A DNA stretch of 64,000 nucleotides from Tenacibaculum sp. (GTDB lineage Bacteria > Bacteroidota > Bacteroidia > Flavobacteriales > Flavobacteriaceae), in contig JAHDDQ010000006.1 in assembly GCA_020629275.1 (NCBI GenBank), forward strand, positions 1,275 through 65,274, in the 5' to 3' direction. Every line of letters starts with the position of its first letter. The first letter of the stretch is position 1. The translations under genes and the position numbers were made by a program. Under the pieces are notes generated by a model. The model worked only from the letters and a program-made list of their open reading frames with translations. It had not been told where the DNA came from and searched no databases. Of the stretch, positions 61,396 to 64,000 are shown one piece after another.

Positions 61396-62427
61396 TTATT
61401 TTTTAAATTGTAGTTTTTCAGACCTTCCTTTTTTGAAGATTTTGTTACTAGCATGTTTTCCCTTTCTGATTTCTTTTTGTTCTTCAAAAGGTAAGTGTAT
61501 AATTTCTTGACATTCAGTAGAACACGTGTTTTCCATCTGTTCACCACATTCTTCACACTGTATAAATAATAAATGACAACCCTCGTTAGCACAATTTATA
61601 TGAGTATCGCATGGTTTACCACATTGGTGACAATTTGAAACTACATCGTCTGTAATTCGTTCTGCTCTACGATGGTCAAAAACAAAATTCTTTCCTATAA
61701 ACTTATTTTCTATGCCTTCAGATTTTACTTGTCTTGTGTATTCGATAATACCACCCTCTAACTGAAAAACATTTTTAAACCCTTTATGTTTGTAATAAGC
61801 AGAGGCTTTTTCACAACGAATTCCACCAGTACAATACATAAGCAAATTTTTATCCTCCTTATGTTCTTTTAAATCTTCTTCAATGATATCAAGAGAATCT
61901 CTAAAAGTATCAACATCAGGAGTAACAGCTCCTTTAAAATGACCTATTTCACTTTCATAATGATTACGCATATCTACGCAAATAGTGTTAGGGTTTTCAA
62001 GCATTTTATTGAATTCAACTGCAGATAAATGCACCCCTTTATTGGTAACATCAAATGTCTCATCATTCAACCCATCTGCTACGATTTTATTTCTAACTTT
62101 CACTTTAAGTTTTAAAAACGACTTGTTGTCTTGCTCAACCGCAACGTTCAGGCGTATATCTTTCAAAAAAGAAATACTATCTAACTGCTGCTTTAGAGCT
62201 AAAAAGTTTTCTCCTGGAACAGAAATCTGGGCATTTATACCTTCGTAAGAAACATAAGTCCTTCCCAGAACGTCAAGTTTATTCCATTCGAGAAATAGTT
62301 TATCTCTAAAGAGTTGTGGATTATCTATCTTAAAATACTGATAGAATGAAATAGTCATACGGTCTTTACCCGCTTCATCAATTAATTTAGCGCGTTCATT
62401 TGCGCTTAACTTGTTGTACAGTTGCAT
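61396..62427 (-). CDS. trhO: Rhodanese-related tRNA U34 hydroxylase
   Basis: DMRNHYESEIGHF, YCTGGIRCEKAS, LEGGI, FVFDHR. Confidence 0.92.
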   Translation of the reverse strand: MQLYNKLSANERAKLIDEAGKDRMTISFYQYFKIDNPQLFRDKLFLEWNKLDVLGRTYVSYEGINAQISVPGENFLALKQQLDSISFLKDIRLNVAVEQDNKSFLKLKVKVRNKIVADGLNDETFDVTNKGVHLSAVEFNKMLENPNTICVDMRNHYESEIGHFKGAVTPDVDTFRDSLDIIEEDLKEHKEDKNLLMYCTGGIRCEKASAYYKHKGFKNVFQLEGGIIEYTRQVKSEGIENKFIGKNFVFDHRRAERITDDVVSNCHQCGKPCDTHINCANEGCHLLFIQCEECGEQMENTCSTECQEIIHLPFEEQKEIRKGKHASNKIFKKGRSEKLQFKK

Positions 62428-62622
62428 GCTATACCTTTTTAAGTTAAAGATTTATTTTAATATTGTAAGATTGCAAATGTAATCAATTTAAGTTTTTAGT
62501 AAAGAGAAATACAATTTGTTTGAAATTTAACATTTAATGTTTTTTTTATAATAAAGACAAATGATTATAGTATTTTTTTACCAACTTTGTTAAAAACCAA
62601 TGGTAATCATTATAATTTAATT

Positions 62623-63630
62623 ATGAAAGTAGCAGTAGTAGGAGCAACAGGTATGGTAGGAACCGTAATGTTAAACGTTCTCCAAGAGCGTAATTTCCCC
62701 GTAAGCGAATTAATTTTAGTAGCCTCAGAACGTTCTGCAGGTAAGGAGATTATGTTTAAAGATAAAACATATACAGTAGTTAATTTACAGGATGCTGTTA
62801 AAATGAGGCCAGATATAGCTTTGTTTTCAGCTGGAGGTAGTACATCTCTTGAATGGGCACCGAAGTTTGCAGAAGTTGGTACTACTGTAATTGACAATTC
62901 TTCAGCATGGAGAATGAATCCAGATAATAAGTTAATTGTACCAGAAATTAATGCATCTCAATTAACTGAAGAAGATAAGATAATAGCAAACCCAAATTGT
63001 TCAACCATACAAATGGTGGTAGCTTTAGCACCGCTTCATGAAAAATATGGCATAAAGAGATTGGTGATTTCCACGTATCAGTCTATCACTGGAACTGGAG
63101 TAAAAGCTGTTCGTCAATTAGAAAATGAGTTTGATAAAAAAGAAGGAGACATGGCGTATCCGTATCAAATACATAAAAATGCATTACCGCATTGTGATGT
63201 ATTTGAAGAAGGAGGTTATACCAAAGAGGAGCTAAAATTAGTTAGAGAAACACATAAAATATTAAATGATCCTAGTATAGGAATTACTGCTACAGCGGTA
63301 AGAATTCCGGTAGTAGGAGGTCATTCTGAAGCAGTGAATATCGAATTTGAAAATCATTTTGAAGTTTCAGATGTTAGAGGTCTTTTAGAAGAGTCTCCAG
63401 GTATAACAGTTCAAGATGATATTGATAATAATATTTATCCAATGCCTTTTTATGCTAAAGGGAAAGATGATGTATTTGTTGGAAGAATTAGAAGAGACTT
63501 ATCACAAGCTAACTCTTTGAATTTATGGATAGTTTCAGATAATCTAAGAAAAGGAGCAGCAACAAATGCTGTACAAATTGCAGAACATCTTGTGGCCCAT
63601 AATTTAGTAAAGAATGATGTTTTAGTATAA
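62623..63630 (+). CDS. asd: Aspartate-semialdehyde dehydrogenase
   Basis: VVGATGMVG, IDNSSAWR, NPNCSTIQ, DNLRKGAATNAVQIAE. Confidence 0.97.
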   Translation: MKVAVVGATGMVGTVMLNVLQERNFPVSELILVASERSAGKEIMFKDKTYTVVNLQDAVKMRPDIALFSAGGSTSLEWAPKFAEVGTTVIDNSSAWRMNPDNKLIVPEINASQLTEEDKIIANPNCSTIQMVVALAPLHEKYGIKRLVISTYQSITGTGVKAVRQLENEFDKKEGDMAYPYQIHKNALPHCDVFEEGGYTKEELKLVRETHKILNDPSIGITATAVRIPVVGGHSEAVNIEFENHFEVSDVRGLLEESPGITVQDDIDNNIYPMPFYAKGKDDVFVGRIRRDLSQANSLNLWIVSDNLRKGAATNAVQIAEHLVAHNLVKNDVLV

Positions 63631-63657
63631 AATTGATATAAAGAAACGTATTATATG

Positions 63658-63689
63658 AAAATCCTGCTTTGTAAAAAGCAGGATTTTTT
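63658..63689 (+). terminator. Terminator after asd
   Basis: aaaatcctgcttt-gtaa-aaagcaggatttttt. Confidence 0.85.
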
Positions 63690-63699
63690 ATTTTTGAGT

Positions 63700-64000
63700 A
63701 TGAATAAATCTCAGATTATAAAAAATACGATATCTTTTGTTAAAGAAAGTCTAGAAGGAGCCGAAGGGGGACATGATTTCTTTCACACTGAAAGAGTGTA
63801 CAGAAATGCTATGGCTATAGCTGAAAAAGAAGTAGAAGCCAATAAGTTCGTAGTTTCTTTAGGAGCTTTACTTCACGATATAGCAGATAGCAAATTTCAT
63901 AATGGAGACGAATTTATCGGTCCTAATAAGGCTGCTTCTTTTCTAGAAAAAGAAGAGGTGAATATTGAAGTAATTGAACATGTTCAGAATATCATAAAAA
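63700..64000 (+). CDS. HD-domain protein, truncated by window end (not in ORF track)
   Basis: MNKSQIIK...GGHDFFHTERV...LLHDIADSKFH. Confidence 0.88.
   Translation, partial: MNKSQIIKNTISFVKESLEGAEGGHDFFHTERVYRNAMAIAEKEVEANKFVVSLGALLHDIADSKFHNGDEFIGPNKAASFLEKEEVNIEVIEHVQNIIK

Noticed and set aside
4795-62897. Short ORFs from the track that overlap longer genes (e.g. 5660-5998, 6278-6634, 32088-32516, 46911-47252, 60338-60793)
   Set aside because: Antisense or out-of-frame shadows of well-supported genes, with no recognisable motifs.
1-64000. tRNA, rRNA, integrase or transposase genes
   Set aside because: None recognised by eye. A tRNAscan/Infernal run would be needed to exclude them formally.

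Overview
AT-rich (Flavobacteriaceae-like, probably Tenacibaculum/Polaribacter-type) chromosomal segment. Most of it is ordinary: rnpA, an S41 protease, a gmd/fcl surface-glycan locus with three methyltransferases, purD, an OmpR/PhoB-type two-component pair, three T9SS-secreted proteins, a type III PKS/type II FAS hybrid cluster, peptidases, nrdBA, dgt, trhO and asd. The standout is the ~1.45 kb 'intergenic' stretch at 2178-3636, directly behind a TPR-sensor histidine kinase / NarL-LuxR response regulator pair. It resolves into six tandem mini transcription units. Each has two imperfect palindromes (consensus TGCGG-W4-CCGCA) exactly 22 bp apart and a Bacteroidota -7 promoter element (TAnnTTTG) at a fixed distance, and each ends in an intrinsic terminator. 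Five units encode ~85-95 nt structured RNAs with an exposed GGGG(A) tract. The sixth encodes a 33-aa peptide, followed by a 36-aa paralog, both ending in ASYAI(Q/H)H. A further solitary GGGGATTAT-bearing small RNA unit with different direct-repeat operators lies upstream of nrdB. A Panacea (DUF4065) toxin-antitoxin-like pair sits between nrdA and dgt. Several frameshifts or microdeletions suggest either assembly error or recent gene decay. All functional interpretations of the array are inference from sequence pattern only.
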